Shown piece by piece: positions 11,501-26,500 of a stretch of DNA of 64,000 nucleotides. The stretch's first letter is position 1, and the number at the start of each line of letters is the position of its first letter. Source of the DNA: Euglena gracilis (lineage: Eukaryota); contig CP154954.1 in the NCBI GenBank assembly GCA_039621445.1, positions 35,387,703 to 35,451,702 on the forward strand. The letters run 5' to 3'. Both the position numbers and the translations under genes were made by a program. The notes under the pieces were generated by a model. That model ran no database searches. It was not told the origin of the DNA and saw only the letters and a program-made list of their open reading frames with translations.

Positions 11501-14500
11501 TACCATGTAAAAGTGGACCAAATTGGGCCTTACTCCGAGTAACCGAATGGGTGTTCCAGGAGGCCTCCAAAGTCAGGGGACCCGTTGGTTTCATGATTGT
11601 CGTGGTTTAATGGTAAGAAATACATGCAGCCGGAAGGTTGGTTGCAAGAAATGAGCACATTTAGATGGGTGCATTCGACCATTCCGGGGGACATTTACCA
11701 GGTCAGCCCAGGTTACCATGTAAAAATGGACCAAATTGGGCCTTACTCCGAGTAACCGAATGGGTGTTCCAGGAGGCCTCCAAAGTCAGGGGACCCGTTG
11801 GTTTCATGATTGTCGTGGTTTAATGTTAAGAAAAACATGCAGCCGGAAGGTTGGTTGCAAGAAATGAGCAGATTTAGATGGGTGCATTCTACCATTCCGA
11901 GGGACATTTACCAGGTCAGCCCAGGTTACCATGTAAAAATGGACCAAACTGGGCCTTACTCCGAGTAACCGAATGGGTGTTCCAGGAGGCCTCCAAAGTC
12001 AGGGGACCCGTTGGTTTCATGATTGTCGTGGTTTAATGGTAAGCAAAACATGCAGCGGGAAGGTTGGTTGCAAGAAATGAGCACATTTAGATGGGTGCAT
12101 TCGACCATTCCGGGGGACATTTACCAGGTCAGCCCAGGTTACCATGTAAAAATGGACCAAATTGGGCCTTACTCCGAGTAACCGAATGGGTGTTCCAGGA
12201 GGCCTCCAAAGTCAGGGGACCCGTTGGTTTCATGATTGTCGTGGTTTAATGGTAAGAAAAACATGCAGCCGGAAGGTTGGTTGCAAGAAATGAGCAGATT
12301 TAGATGGGTGCATTCGACCATTCCGGGGGACATTTACCAGGTCAGCCCAGGTTACCATGTAAAAATGGACCAAATTGGGCCTTACTCCGAGTTACCGAAT
12401 GGGTGTTCCAGGAGGCCTCCAAAGTCAGGGGACCCGTTGGTTTCATGATTGTCGTGGTTTAATGGTAAGAAAAACATGCAGCCGGAAGGCTGGTTGTAAG
12501 TAGTGAGCAGATTTAGATGGGTGCATTCGACCATTCCGATGGACATTTACCAGGTCAGCCCAGGTTACCATGTAAAAATGGACCAAATTGGGCCTTACTC
12601 CGAGTAACCGAATGGGTGTTCCAGGAGCCTCCAAAGTCAGGGGACCCGTTGGTTTCATGATTGTCGTGGTTTAATGGTAAGAAAAACATGCAGCCGGAAG
12701 GTTGGTTGCAAGAAATGAGCAGATTTAGATGGGTGCATTCGACCATTCCGGGGGACATTTACCAGGTCAGCCCAGGTTACCATGTAAAAATGGACCAAAT
12801 TGGGCCTTACTACGAGTAACCGAATGGGTGTTCCAGGACAGGGGACCCGTTGGTTTCATGATTGTCGTGGTTTAATGGTAAGAAAAACATGCATCCGGAA
12901 GGTTGGTTGCAAGAAATGAGCACATTTAGATGGGTGCATTCGACCATTCCGGGGGACATTTACCAGGTCAGCCCAGGTTACCATGTAAAAATGGACCAAA
13001 TTGGGCCTTACTCCGAGTAACCGAATGGGTGTTCCAGGAGGCCTCCAAAGTCAGGGGACCCGTTGGTTTCATGATTGTCGTGGTTTAATGGTAAGAAAAA
13101 ACATGCAGCCGGAATGTTGGTTGCAAGAAATGAGCAGATTTAGATGGGTGCATTCGACCATTCCGGGGGACATTTACCAGGTCAGCCCAGGTTACCATGT
13201 AAAATGGACCAAATTGGGCCTTACTCCGAGTAACCGAATGGGTGTTCCAGGAGGCCTCCAAAGTCAGGGGACCCGTTGGTTTCATGATTGTCGTGGTTTA
13301 ATGGTAAGAAAAACATGCAGCCGGAAGGTTGGTTGCAAGAAATGAGCACATTTAGATGGGTGCATTCGACCATTCCGGGGGACATTTACCAGGTCAGCCC
13401 AGGTTACCATGTAAAATGGACCAAATTGGGCCTTACTCCGAGTAACCGAATGGGTGTTCCAGGAGGCCTCCAAAGTCAGGGGACCCGTTGGTTTCATGAT
13501 TGTCGTGGTTTAATGGTAAGAAAAACATGCAGCCGGAAGGTTGGTCGCAAGGAATGAGCACATTTAGATGGGTGCATTCGACCATTCCGGGGGACATTTA
13601 CCAGGTCAGCCCAGGTTACCATGCAAAAATGGACCAAATTGGGCCTTACTCCGAGTAACCGAATGGGTGTTCCAGGAGGCCTCCAAAGTCAGGGGACCCG
13701 TTGGTTTCATGATTGTCGTGGTTTATTGATAAGAAAAACATGCAGCCGGAAGGTTGGTTGCAAGAAATGAGCAGATTTAGATGGGTGCATTCGACCATTC
13801 CGGGGGACATTTACCAGGTCAGCCCAGGTTACCATGTAAAAATGGACCAAATTGGGCCTTACTCCGAGTAACCGAATGGGTGTTCCAGGAGGCCTCCAAA
13901 GTCAGGGGACCCGTTGGTTTCATGATTGTCGTGGTTTAATGGTAAGAAAAACATGCAGCCGGAAGGTTGGTTCCGGCTGCATGGTTGCAAGAAATGAGCA
14001 TATTTAGATGGGTGCATTCGACCATTCCGGGGGACATTTACCAGGTCAGCCCAGGTTACCATGTAAAAATGGACCAAATTGGGCCTTACTCCGAGTAACC
14101 GAATGGGTGTTCCAGGAGGCCTCCAAAGTCAGGGGACCCGTTGGTTTCATGATTGTCGTGGTTTAATGGTAAGAAAAACATGCAGCCGGAAGATTGTTTG
14201 CAAGAAATGAGCAGATTTAGATGGGTGCATTCGACCATTCCGGGGGACATTTACCAGGTCAGCCCAGGTTACCATGTAAAAATGGACCAAATTGGGCCTT
14301 ACTCCGAGTAACCGAATGGGTGTTCCAGGAGGCCTCCAAAGTCAGGGGACCCGTTGGTTTCATGATTGCCGTGGTTTAATGGTAAGAAAAACATGCAGCC
14401 GGAATGTTGGTTGCAAGAAATGAGCAGATTTAGATGGGTGCATTCGACCATTCCGGGGGACACTTACCAGGTCAGCCCAGGTTACCATGCAAAAATGGAC

Positions 14501-17500
14501 CAAAATGGGTCTTACTCCGAGTTACCGAATGGGTGTTCCAGGAGGCCTCCAAAGTCAGGGGACCCGTTGGTTTCATGATTGTCGTGGTTTAATGGTAAGA
14601 AAATCATGCAGCCAGAAGGTTGGTTGCAAGAAAGGAGCAGATTTAGATGGGTGCATTCGACCATTCCGGGGGACGTTTACCAGGTCAACCCAGGTTACCA
14701 TGTAAAAATGGACCAAATTGGGCCTTACTCCGAGTAACCGAATGGGTGTTCCAGGAGGCCTCCAAAGTCAGGGGACCCGTTGGTTTCATGATTGTCGTGG
14801 TTTAATGGTAAGAAAAACATGAAGCGGGAATGTTGGTTGCAAGAAATGAGCAGATTTAGATGGGTGCATTCGACCGTTCTGGGGAACATTTACCAGGTCA
14901 GCCCAGGTTACCATGTAAAAATGGACCAAATTGGGCCTTACTCCGAGTAACCGAATGGGTGTTCCAGGAGGCCTCCAAAGTCAGGGGACCCGTTGGTTTC
15001 ATGATTGTCGTGGTTTAATGGTAAGAAAAACATGCAGCCGGAAGGTTGGTTGCAAGAAATGAGCAGATTTAGATGGGTGCATTCGACCATTCCGGGGGAC
15101 ATTTACCAGGTCAGCCCAGGTTACCATGTAAAAATGGACCAAATTGGGCCTTACTCCGAGTTACCGAATGGGTGTTCCAGGAGGCCTCCAAAGTCAGGGG
15201 ACCCGTTGGTTTCATGATTGTCGTGGTTTAATGGTAAGAAAAACATGCAGCCGGAAGGTTGGTTGCAAGAAATGAGCAAATTTAGATGGGTGCATTCGAC
15301 CATTCCGGGGGACATTTACCAGGTCAGCCCAGGTTACCAGGTATAAATGGACCAAATTGGGTCTTACTCCGAGTAACCGAATGGGTGTTCCAGGAGGCCT
15401 CCAAAGTCAGTGGACCTGTTGGTTTCATGATTGTCGTGGTTTAATGGTAAGAAAAACATGCAGCGGGATTGTTGGTTGCAAGAAATGAGCAGATTTAGAT
15501 GGGTGCATTCGACCATTCCGGGGGACATTTACCAGGTCAGCCCAGGTTACCATGCAAAAATGGACCAAATTGGGCCTTACTCCGAGTAACCGAATGGGTG
15601 TTCCAGGAGGCCTCCAAAGTCAGGGGACCCGTTGGTTTCATGATTGTCGTGGTTTAATGGTAAGAAAAACATGCACCGGGAATGTTGGTTGCAAGAAATG
15701 AGCAGATTTAGATGGGTGCATTCGACCATTCCGGGGGACATTTACCAGGTCAGCCCAGGTTACCATGTAAAAATGGACCAAATTGGGCCTTACTCCGAGT
15801 TACCGAATGGGTGTTCCAGGAGGCCTCCAAAGTCAGGGGACCCGTTGGTTTCATGATTGTCGTGGTTTAATGGTAAGAAAAACGTGCAGCCGGAAGGTTG
15901 GTTGCAAGAACTGAGCAAATTTAGATGGGTGCATTCGACCGTTCTGGGGAACATTTACCAGGTCAGCCCAGGTTACCATGTAAAAATGGACCAAATTGGG
16001 CCTTACTCCGAGTAACCGAATGGGTGTTCCAGGAGGCCTCCAAAGTCAGGGGACCCGTTGGTTTCATGATTGTCGTGGTTTAATGGTAAGGAAAACATGC
16101 AGCCGGAAGGTTGGTTGCAAGAAATGAGCAGATTTAGATGGGTGCATTCGACCATTCCGGGGGACATTTACCAGGTCAGCCCAGGTTACCAGGTATAAAT
16201 GGACCAAATTGGGTCTTACTCCGAGTAACCGAATGGGTGTTCCAGGAGGCCTCCAAAGTCAGGGGACCCGTTGGTTTCATGATTGTCGTGGTTTAATGGT
16301 AAGAAAAACATGCAGCGGGGTTGTTGGTTGCAAGAAATGAGCAGATTTAGATGGGTGCATTCGACCATTCCGGGGGACATTTACCAGGTCAGCCCAGGTT
16401 ACCATGTAAAAATGGACCAAATTGGGCCTTACTCCGAGTAACCGAATGGGTGTTCCAGGAGGCCTCCAAAGTCAGGGGACCCGTTGGTTTCATGATTGTC
16501 GTGGTTTAATGGTAAGAAAAACATGCACCGGGAATGTTGGTTGCAAGAAATGAGCAGATTTAGATGGGTGCATTCGACCATTCCGGGGGACATTTACCAG
16601 GTCAGCCCAGGTTACCATGTAAAAATGGACCAAATTGGGCCTTACTCCGAGTTACCGAATGGGTGTTCCAGGAGGCCTCCAAAGTCAGGGGACCCGTTGG
16701 TTTCATGATTGTCGTGGTTTAATGGTAAGAAAAACATGCAGCCGGAAGGTTGGTTGCAAAAAATGAGCACATTTAGATGGGTGCATTCGACCATTCCGGG
16801 GGACATTTACCAGGTCAGCCCAGGTTACCATGTAAAAATGGACCAAATTGGGCCTTACTCCGAGTTACCGAATGGGTGTTCCAGGAGGCCTCCAAAGTCA
16901 GGGGACCCGTTGGTTTCATGATTGTCGTGGTTTAACGGTAGAAAAACATGCAGCGGGAATGTTGGTTGCAAGAAATGAGCAGATTTAGATGGGTGCATTC
17001 GACCATTCCGGGGGACATTTACCAGGTCAGCCCAGGTTACCATGTAAAAATGGACCAAATTGGGCCTTACTCAGAGTCACCGAATGGGTGCTCCAGGAGG
17101 CCTCCAAAGTCAGGGGACCCGTTGGTTTCATGATTGTCGTGGTTTAATGGTAAGAAAAACATGCACCGGGAATGTTGGTTGCAAGAAATGAGCAGATTTA
17201 GATGGGTGCATTCGACCATTCCGGGGGACATTTACCAGGTCAGCCCAGGTTACCATGTAAAAATGGACCAAATTGGGCCTTACTCCGAGTAACCGAATGG
17301 GTGTTCCAGGAGGCCTCCAAAGTCAGGGGACCCGTTGGTTTCATGATTGTCGTGGTTTTATGGTAAGAAAAACATGCACCGGGAATGTTGGTTGCAAGAA
17401 ATGAGCAGATTTAGATGGGTGCATTCGACCATTCCGGGGGACATTTACCAGGTCAGCCCAGGTTACCATGTAAAAATGGACCAAATTGGGCCTTACTCCG

Positions 17501-20500
17501 AGTTACCGAATGGGTGTTCCAGGAGGCCTCCAAAGTCAGGGGACCCGTTGGTTTCATGATTGTCGTGGTTTAATGGTAAGAAAAACATGCAGCGGGAATG
17601 TTGGTTGCAAGAAATGAGCAGATTTAGATGGGTGCATTCGACCATTCCGGGGGACATTTACCAGGTCAGCCCAGGTTACCATGTAAAAATGGACCAAATT
17701 GGGCCTTACTCCGAGTTACCGAATGGGTGTTCCAGGAGGCCTCCAAAGTCAGGGGACCCGTTGGTTTCATGATTGTCGTGGTTTAACGGTAAGAAAAACA
17801 TGCAGCGGGAATGTTGGTTGCAAGAAATGAGCAGATTTAGATGGGTGCATTCGACCATTCCGGGGGACATTTACCAGGTCAGCCCAGGTTACCATGTATA
17901 AATGGACCAAATTGGGCCTTACTCAGAGTCACCGAATGGGTGCTCCAGGAGGCCTCCAAAGTCAGGGGACCCGTTGGTTTCATGATTGTCGTGGTTTAAT
18001 GGTAAGAAAAACATGCAGCGGGAATGTTGGTTGCAAGAAATGAGCAGATTTAGATGGGTGCATTCGACCATTCCGGGGGACATTTACCAGGTCAGCCCAG
18101 GTTACCATGCAAAAATGGACCAAATTGGGCCTTACTCCGAGTAACCGAATGGGTGTTCCAGGAGGCCTCCAAAGTCAGGGGACCCGTTGGTTTCATGATT
18201 GTCGTGGTTTAATGGTAAGAAAAACATGCACCGGGAATGTTGGTTGCAAGAAATGAGCAGATTTAGATGGGTGCATTCGACCATTCCGGGGGACATTTAC
18301 CAGGTCAGCCCAGGTTACCATGTAAAAATGGACCAAATTGGGCCTTACTCCGAGTTACCGAATGGGTGTTCCAGGAGGCCTCCAAAGTCAGGGGACCCGT
18401 TGGTTTCATGATTGTCGTGGTTTAATGGTAAGAAAAACATGCAGCCGGAAGGTTGGTTGCAAAAAATGAGCAGATTTAGATGGGTGCATTCGACCATTCC
18501 GGGGGACATTTACCAGGTCAGCCCAGGTTACCATGTAAAAATGGACCAAATTGGGCCTTACTCCGAGTTACCGAATGGGTGTTCCAGGAGGCCTCCAAAG
18601 TCAGGGGACCCGTTGGTTTCATGATTGTCGTGGTTTAATGGTAAGAAAAACATGCAGCGGGAATGTTGGTTGCAAGAAATGAGCAGATTTAGATGGGTGC
18701 ATTCGACCATTCCGGGGGACATTTACCAGGTCAGCCCAGGTTACCATGTAAAAATGGACCAAATTGGGCCTTACTCAGAGTCACCGAATGGGTGCTCCAG
18801 GAGGCCTCCAAAGTCCAGGGGACCCGTTGGTTTCATGATTGTCGTGGTTTAATGGTAAGAAAAACATGCACCGGGAATGTTGGTTGCAAGAAATGAGCAG
18901 ATTTAGATGGGTGCATTCGACCATTCCGGGGGACATTTACCAGGTCAGCCCAGGTTACCATGTAAAAATGGACCAAATTGGGCCTTACTCCGAGTAACCG
19001 AACGGGTGTTCCAGGAGGCCTCCAAAGTCAGGGGACCCGTTGGTTTCATGATTGTCGTGGTTTAATGGTAAGAAAAAGATGCACCGGGAATGTTGGTTGC
19101 AAGAAATGAGCAGATTTAGATGGGTGCATTCGACCATTCCGGGGGACATTTACCAGGTCAGCCCAGGTTACCATGTAAAAATGGACCAAATTGGGCCTTA
19201 CTCCGATTAACCGAATGGGTGTTCCAGGAGGCCTGCAAAGTCAGGGCCGGTTGGTTTCATGATTGTCGTGGTTTAATGGTAAGAAAAACATGCAGCGGGA
19301 ATGTTGGTTGCAAGAAATGAGCAGATTTAGATGGGTGCATTCGACCATTCCGGGGGACATTTACCAGGTCAGCCCAGGTTACCATGTAAAAATGGACCAA
19401 ATTGGGCCTTACTCCGAGTTACCGAATGGGTGTTCCAGGAGGCCTCCAAAGTCAGGGGACCCGTTGGTTTCATGATTGTCGTGGTTTAACGGTAAAAAAA
19501 ACATGCAGCGGGAATGTTGGTTGCAAGAAATGAGCAGATTTAGATGGGTGCATTCGACCATTCCGGGGGACATTTACCAGGTCAGCCCAGGTTACCATGT
19601 ATAAATGGACCAAATTGGGCCTTACTCAGAGTCACCGAATGGGTGCTCCAGGAGGCCTCCAAAGTCAGGGGACCCGTTGGTTTCATGATTGTCGTGGTTT
19701 AATGGTAAGAAAAACATGCAGCGGGAATGTTGGTTGCAAGAAATGAGCAGATTTAGATGGGTGCATTCGACCATTCCGGGGGACATTTACCAGGTCAGCC
19801 CAGGTTACCATGTAAAAATGGACCAAATTGGGCCTTACATCGAGTTACCGAATGGGTGTTCCAGGAGGCCTCCAAAGTCAGGGGACCCGTTGGTTTCATG
19901 ATTGTCGTGGTTTAATGGTAAAAAAAAACATGCAGCGGGAATGTTGGTTGCAAGAAATGAGCAGATTTAGATGGGTGCATTCGACCATTCCGGGGGACAT
20001 TTACCAGGTCAGCCCAGGTTACCATGTATAAATGGACCAAATTGGGCCTTACTCAGAGTCACCGAATGGGTGCTCCAGGAGGCCTCCAAAGTCAGGGGAC
20101 CCGTTGGTTTCATGATTGTCGTGGTTTAATGGTAAGAAAAACATGCAGCGGGAATGTTGGTTGCAAGAAATGAGCAGATTTAGATGGGTGCGTTCGACCA
20201 TTCCGGGGGACATTTACCAGGTCAGCCCAGGTTACCATGTAAAAATGGACCAAATTGGGCCTTACTCCGAGTTACCGAATGGGTGTTCCAGGAGGCCTCC
20301 AAAGTCAGGGGACCCGTTGGTTTCATGATTGTCGTGGTTTAATGGTAAGAAAAACATGCAGCGGGAATGTTGGTTGCAAGAAATGAGCAGATTTAGATGG
20401 GTGCATTCGACCATTCCGGGGGACATTTACCAGGTCAGCCCAGGTTACCATGAAAAAATGGACCAAATTGGGCCTTACTCCGAGTAACCGAATGGGTGTT

Positions 20501-23500
20501 CCAGGAGGCCTCCAAAGTCAGGGGACCCGTTGGTTTCATGATTGTCGTGGTTTAATGGTAAGAAAAACATGCACCGGGAATGTTGGTTGCAAGAAATGAG
20601 CAGATTTAGATGGGTGCATTCGACCATTCCGGGGGACATTTACCAGGTCAGCCCAGGTTACCATGTAAAAATGGACCAAATTGGGCCTTACTCCGAGTAA
20701 CCGAATGGGTGTTCCAGGAGGCCTCCAAAGTCAGGGGACCCGTTGGTTTCATGATTGTCGTGGTTTAATGGTAAGAAAAACATGCAGCGGAATGTTGGTT
20801 GCAAGAAATGAGCAGATTTAGATGGGTGCATTCGACCATTCCGGGGGACATTTACCAGGTCAGCCCAGGTTACCATGTAAAAATGGACCAAATTGGGCCT
20901 TACTCCGAGTAACCGAATGGGTGTTCCAGGAGGCCTCCAAAGTCAGGGGACCCGTTGGTTTCATGATTGTCGTGGTTTAATGGTAAGAAAAACATGCAGC
21001 GGGAATGTTGGTTGCAAGAAATGAGCAGATTTAGATGGGTGCATTCGACCATTCCGGGGGGACATTTACCAGGTCAGCCCAGGTTACCATGTAAAAATGG
21101 ACCAAATTGGGCCTTACTCCGAGTAACCGAATGGGTGTTCCAGGAGGCCTCCAAAGTCAGGGGACCGTTGGTTTCATGATTGTCGTGGTTTAATGGTAAG
21201 AAAAACGTGCAGCGGGAATGTTGGTTGCAAGAAATGAGCAGATTTAGATGGGTGCGTTCGACCATTCCGGGGGACATTTACCAGGTCAGCCCAGGTTACC
21301 ATGTAAAAATGGACCAAATTGGGCCTTACATCGAGTTACCGAATGGGTGTTCCAGGAGGCCTCCAAAGTCAGGGGACCCGTTGATTTCATGATTGTCGTG
21401 GTTTAATGTTAAAAAAAACATGCAGCGGGAATGTTGGTTGCAAGAAAGGAGCAGATTTAGATGGGTGCACTCGACCATTCCGGGGGACATTTACCAGGTC
21501 AGCCCAGGTTACCATGTAAAAAAGGACCAAAATGGGCCTTACTCCGAGTTACCGAATGGGTGTTCCAGGAGGCCTCCAAAGTCAGGGGACCCGTTGGTTT
21601 CATGATTGTCGTGGTTTAATGGTAAGAAAAACATGCAGCCGGAAGGTTGGTTGCAAGAAATGAGCAGATTTAGATGGGTTCATTCGACCATTCCGGGGGA
21701 CATTTACCAGGTCAGCCCAGGTTACCATGTAAAAATGGACCAAATTGGGCCTTACTCCGAGTTACCGAATGGGTGTTCCAGGAGGCCTCCAAAGTCAGGG
21801 GACCCGTTGGTTTCATGATTGTCGTGGTTTCATGGTAAGAAAAACATGCAGCGGGAATGTTGGTTGCAAGAAACGAGCAGATTTAGATGGGTGCATTCGA
21901 CCATTCCCGGGGACATTTACCAGGTCAGCCCAGGTTACCATGTATAAATGGACCAAATTGGGCCTTACTCAGAGTCACCGAATGGGCGTTCCAGGAGGCC
22001 TCCAAAGTCAGGGGACCCGTTGGTTTCATGATTATCGTGGTTTAATGGTAAGAAAAACATGCAGCAGGAATGTTGGTTGCAAGAAATGAGCAGATTTAGA
22101 TGGGTGCATTCGACCATTCCGGGGGACATTTACCAGGTCAGCCCAGGTTACCATGTAAAAATGGACCAAATTGGGCCTTACTCCGAGTAACCGAATGGGT
22201 GTTCCAGGAGGCCTCCAAAGTCAGGGGACCCGTTGGTTTCATGATTGTCGTGGTTTAATGGTAAGAAAAACATGCAGCGGGAATGTTGGTTGCAAGAAAC
22301 GAGCAGATTTAGATGGGTGCATTCGACCATTCCGGGGGACATTTACCAGGTCAGCCCAGGTTACCATGTATAAATGGACCAAATTGGGCCTTACTCAGAG
22401 TCACCGAATGGGTGCTCCAGGAGGCCTCCAAAGTCCAGGGGACCCGTTGGTTTATTGATTGTCGTGGTTTAATGGTAAGAAAAACATGCAGCGGGAATGT
22501 TGGTTGCAAGAAATGAGCAAATTTAGATGGGTGCGTTCGACCATTCGGGGGGACATTTACCAGGTCAGCCCAGGTTACCATGTAAAAATGGACCAAATTG
22601 GGCCTTACTCCGAGTTACCGAATGGGTTCTCCAGGAGGCCTCCAAAGTCAGGGGACCCGTTGGTTTCATGATTGTCGTGGTTTAATGGTAAGAAAAACAT
22701 GCAGCGGGAATGTTGGTTGCAAGAAATGAGCAGATTTAGATGGGTGCGTTCGACCATTCCGGGGGACATTTACCAGGTCAGCCCAGGTTACCATGTATAA
22801 ATGGACCAAATTGGGCCTTACTCAGAGTCACCGAATGGGTGCTCCAGGAGGCCTCCAAAGTCCAGGGGACCCGTTGGTTTATTGATTGTCGTGGTTTAAT
22901 GGTAAGAAAAACATGCAGCGGGAAGGTTGGTTGCAAGAAAAGAGCAGATTTAGATGGGTGCATTCGACCATTCCGGGGGACATTTACCAGGTCAGCCCAG
23001 GTTACCATGTAAAAATGGACCAAATTGGGCCTTACTCCGAGTTACCGAATGGGTTCTCCAGGAGGCCTCCAAAGTCAGGGGACCCGTTGGGTTCATGATT
23101 GTCGTGGTTTAATGGTAAGAAAAACATGCAGCGGGAATGTTGGTTGCAAGAAATGAGCAGATTTAGATGGGTGCGTTCGACCATTCGGGGGGACATTTAC
23201 CAGGTCAGCCCAGGTTACCATGTAAAAATGGACCAAATTGGGCCTTACTCCGAGTAACCGAATGGGTGCTCCAGGAGGCCTCCAAAGTCAGGGGACCCGT
23301 TGGTTTCATGATTGTCGTGGTTTAATGGTAAGAAAAAACATGCAGCGGAAATGTTGGTTGCAAGAAATGAGCAGATTCAGATGGGGGCATTCGACCATTC
23401 CGGGGGACATTTACCAGGTCAGCCCAGGTTACCATGTAAAAATGGACCAAATTGGGCCTTACTCCGAGTTACCGAATGGGTGTTCCAGGAGGCCTCCAAA

Positions 23501-26500
23501 GTCAGGGGACCCGTTGGTTTCATGATTGTCGTGGTTTAATGGTAAGAAAAACATGCAGCGGGAATGTTGGTTGCAAGAAAGGAGCAGGTTTAGATGGGTG
23601 CATTCGACCATTCCGGGGGACATTTACCAGGTCAGCCCAGGTTACCATGTAAAAATGGACCAAAATGGGCCTTACTCCGAGTAACCGAATGGGTGTTCCA
23701 TGAGGCCTCCAAAGTCAGGGGACCCGTTGGTTTCATGATTGTCGTGGTTTAATGGTAAGAAAAACATGCAGCCGGAAGGTTGGTTGCAAGAAATGAGCAG
23801 ATTTAGATGGGTGCATTCGACCATTCCGGGGGACATTTACCAGGTCAGCCCAGGTTACCATGTAAAAATGGACCACATTGGGCCTTACTCCGAGTAACCG
23901 AATGGGTGTTCCAGGAGGCCTCCAAAGTCAGGGGACCCGTTGGTCTCATGATTGTCGTGGTTTAATGGTAAGAAAAACATGCAGCGGGAATGTTGGTTGG
24001 AAGAAATGAGCAGACTTAGATGGGTGCGTTCGACCATTCCGCGGGACATTTACCAGGTCAGCCCAGGTTACCATGTAAAAATGGACCAAATTGGGCCTTA
24101 CTCCGAGTTACCGAATGGGTGTTCCAGGAGGCCTCCAAAGTCAGGGGACCCGTTGGTTTCATGATTGTCGTGGTTTAATGGTAAGAAAAACATGCAGCGG
24201 GAATGTTGGTTGCAAGAAATGAGCAGATTTAGATGGGTGCATTCGACCATTCCGGGGGACATTTACCAGGTCAGCCCAGGTTACCATGTAAAAATGGACC
24301 AAATTGGGCCTTACTCCGAGTTACCGAATGGGTGTTCCAGGAGGCCTCCAAAGTCAGGGGACCCGTTGGTTTCATGATTGTCGTGGTTTAATGGTAAGAA
24401 AAACATGCAGCGGGAATGTTGGTTGCAAGAAAGGAGCAGATTTAGATGGGTGCATTCGACCATTCCGGGGGACATTTACCAGGTCAGCCCAGGTTACCAT
24501 GTAAAAATGGACCAAATTGGGCCTTACTCCGAGTAACCGAATGGGTGTTCCAGGAGGCCTCCAAAGTCAGGGGACCCGTTGGTTTCATGATTGTCGTGGT
24601 TTAATGGTAAGAAAAACATGCAGCCGGAAGGTTGGTTGCAAGAAATGAGCAGATTTAGATGGGTGCATTCGACCATTCCGGGGGACATTTACCAGGTCAG
24701 CCCAGGTTACCATGTAAAAATGGACCAAATTGGGCGTTACTCCGAGTTACCAAATGGGTGTTCCAGGAGGCCTCCAAAGTCAGGGGACCCGTTGGTTTCA
24801 TGATTGTCGTGGTTTAATGGTAAGAAAAACATGCAGCCGGAAGGTTGGTTGCAAGAAATGAGCAGACTTAGATGGGTGCGTTCGACCATTCCGGGGGACA
24901 TTTACCAGGTCAGCCCAGGTTACCATGTAAAAATGGACCAAATTGGGCCTTACTCCGAGTAACCGAATGGGTGTTCCAGGAGGCCTCCAAAGTCAGGGGA
25001 CCCGTTGGTTTCATGATTGTCGTGGTTTAATGGTAAGAAAAACATGCAGCCGGAAGGTTGGTTGCAAGAAATGAGCAGATTTAGATGGGTGCATTCGACC
25101 ATTCCGGGGGACATTTACCAGGTCAGCCCAGGTTACCATGTAAAAATGGACCAAATTGGGCCTTACTCCGAGTTACCGAATGGGTGTTCCAGGAGGCCTC
25201 CAAAGTCAGGGGACCCGTTGGTTTCATGATTGTCGTGGTCTAATGGTAAGAAAAACATGCAGCGGGAATGTTGGTTGCAAGAAAGGAGCAGGTTTAGATG
25301 GGTGCGTTCGACCATTCCGGGGGACATTTACCAGGTCAGCCCAGGTTACCATGTAAAAATGGACCAAATTGGGCCTTACTCCGAGTAACCGAATGGGTGT
25401 TCCAGGAGGCCTCCAAAGTCAGGGGACCCGTTGGTTTCATGATTGTCGTTGTTTAATGGTAAGAAAAACATGCAGCGGGAATGTTGGTTGCAAGAAATGA
25501 GCAGATTTAGATGGGTGCGTTCGACCATTCCGGGGGACATTTACCAGGTCAGCCCAGGTTACCATGTAAAAATGGACCAAATTGGGCCTTACTCCGAGTT
25601 ACCGAATGGGTGTTCCAGGAGGCCTCCAAAGTCACGGGACCCGTTGTTTCCATGATTGTCGTGGTTTAATGGTAAGAAAAACATGCAGCGGGAATGTTGG
25701 TTGCAAGAAATGAGCAGATTTAGATGGGTGCATTCGACCATTCCGGGGGACATTTACCAGGTCAGCCCAGGTTACCATGTAAAAATGGACCAAATTGGGC
25801 CTTACTCCGAGTTACCGAATGGGTGTTCCAGGAGGCCTCCAAAGTCAGGGGACCCGTTGGTTTCATGATTGTCGTGGTTTAATGGTAAGAAAAACATGCA
25901 GCCGGAAGGTTGGTTGCAAGAAATGAGCAGATTTAGATGGGTGCATTCGACCATTCCGGGGGACATTTACCAGGTCAGCCCAGGTTACCATGTAAAAATG
26001 GACCAAATTGGGCCTTACTCCGAGTAACCGAATGGGTGTTCCAGGAGGCCTCCAAAGTCAGGGGACCCGTTGGTTTCATGATTGTCGTGGTTTAATGGTA
26101 AGAAAAACATGCAGCCGGAAGGTTGGTTGCAAGAAATGAGCAGATTTAGATGGGGTCATTCGACCATTCCGGGGGACATTTACCAGGTCAGCCCAGGTTA
26201 CCATGCAAAAATGGACCAAATTGGGCCTTACTCCGAGTAACCGAATGGGTGTTCCAGGAGGCCTCCAAAGTCAGGGGACCCGTTGGTTTCATGATTGTCG
26301 TGGTTTAATGGTAAGAAAAACATGCAGCGGGAATGTTGGTTGCAAGAAATGAGCAGACTTAGATGGGTGCGTTCGACCATTCCGCGGGACATTTACCAGG
26401 TCAGCCCAGGTTACCATGTAAAAATGGACCAAATTGGGCCTTACTCCGAGTTACCGAATGGGTGTTCCAGGAGGCCTCCAAAGTCAGGGGACCCGTTGGT

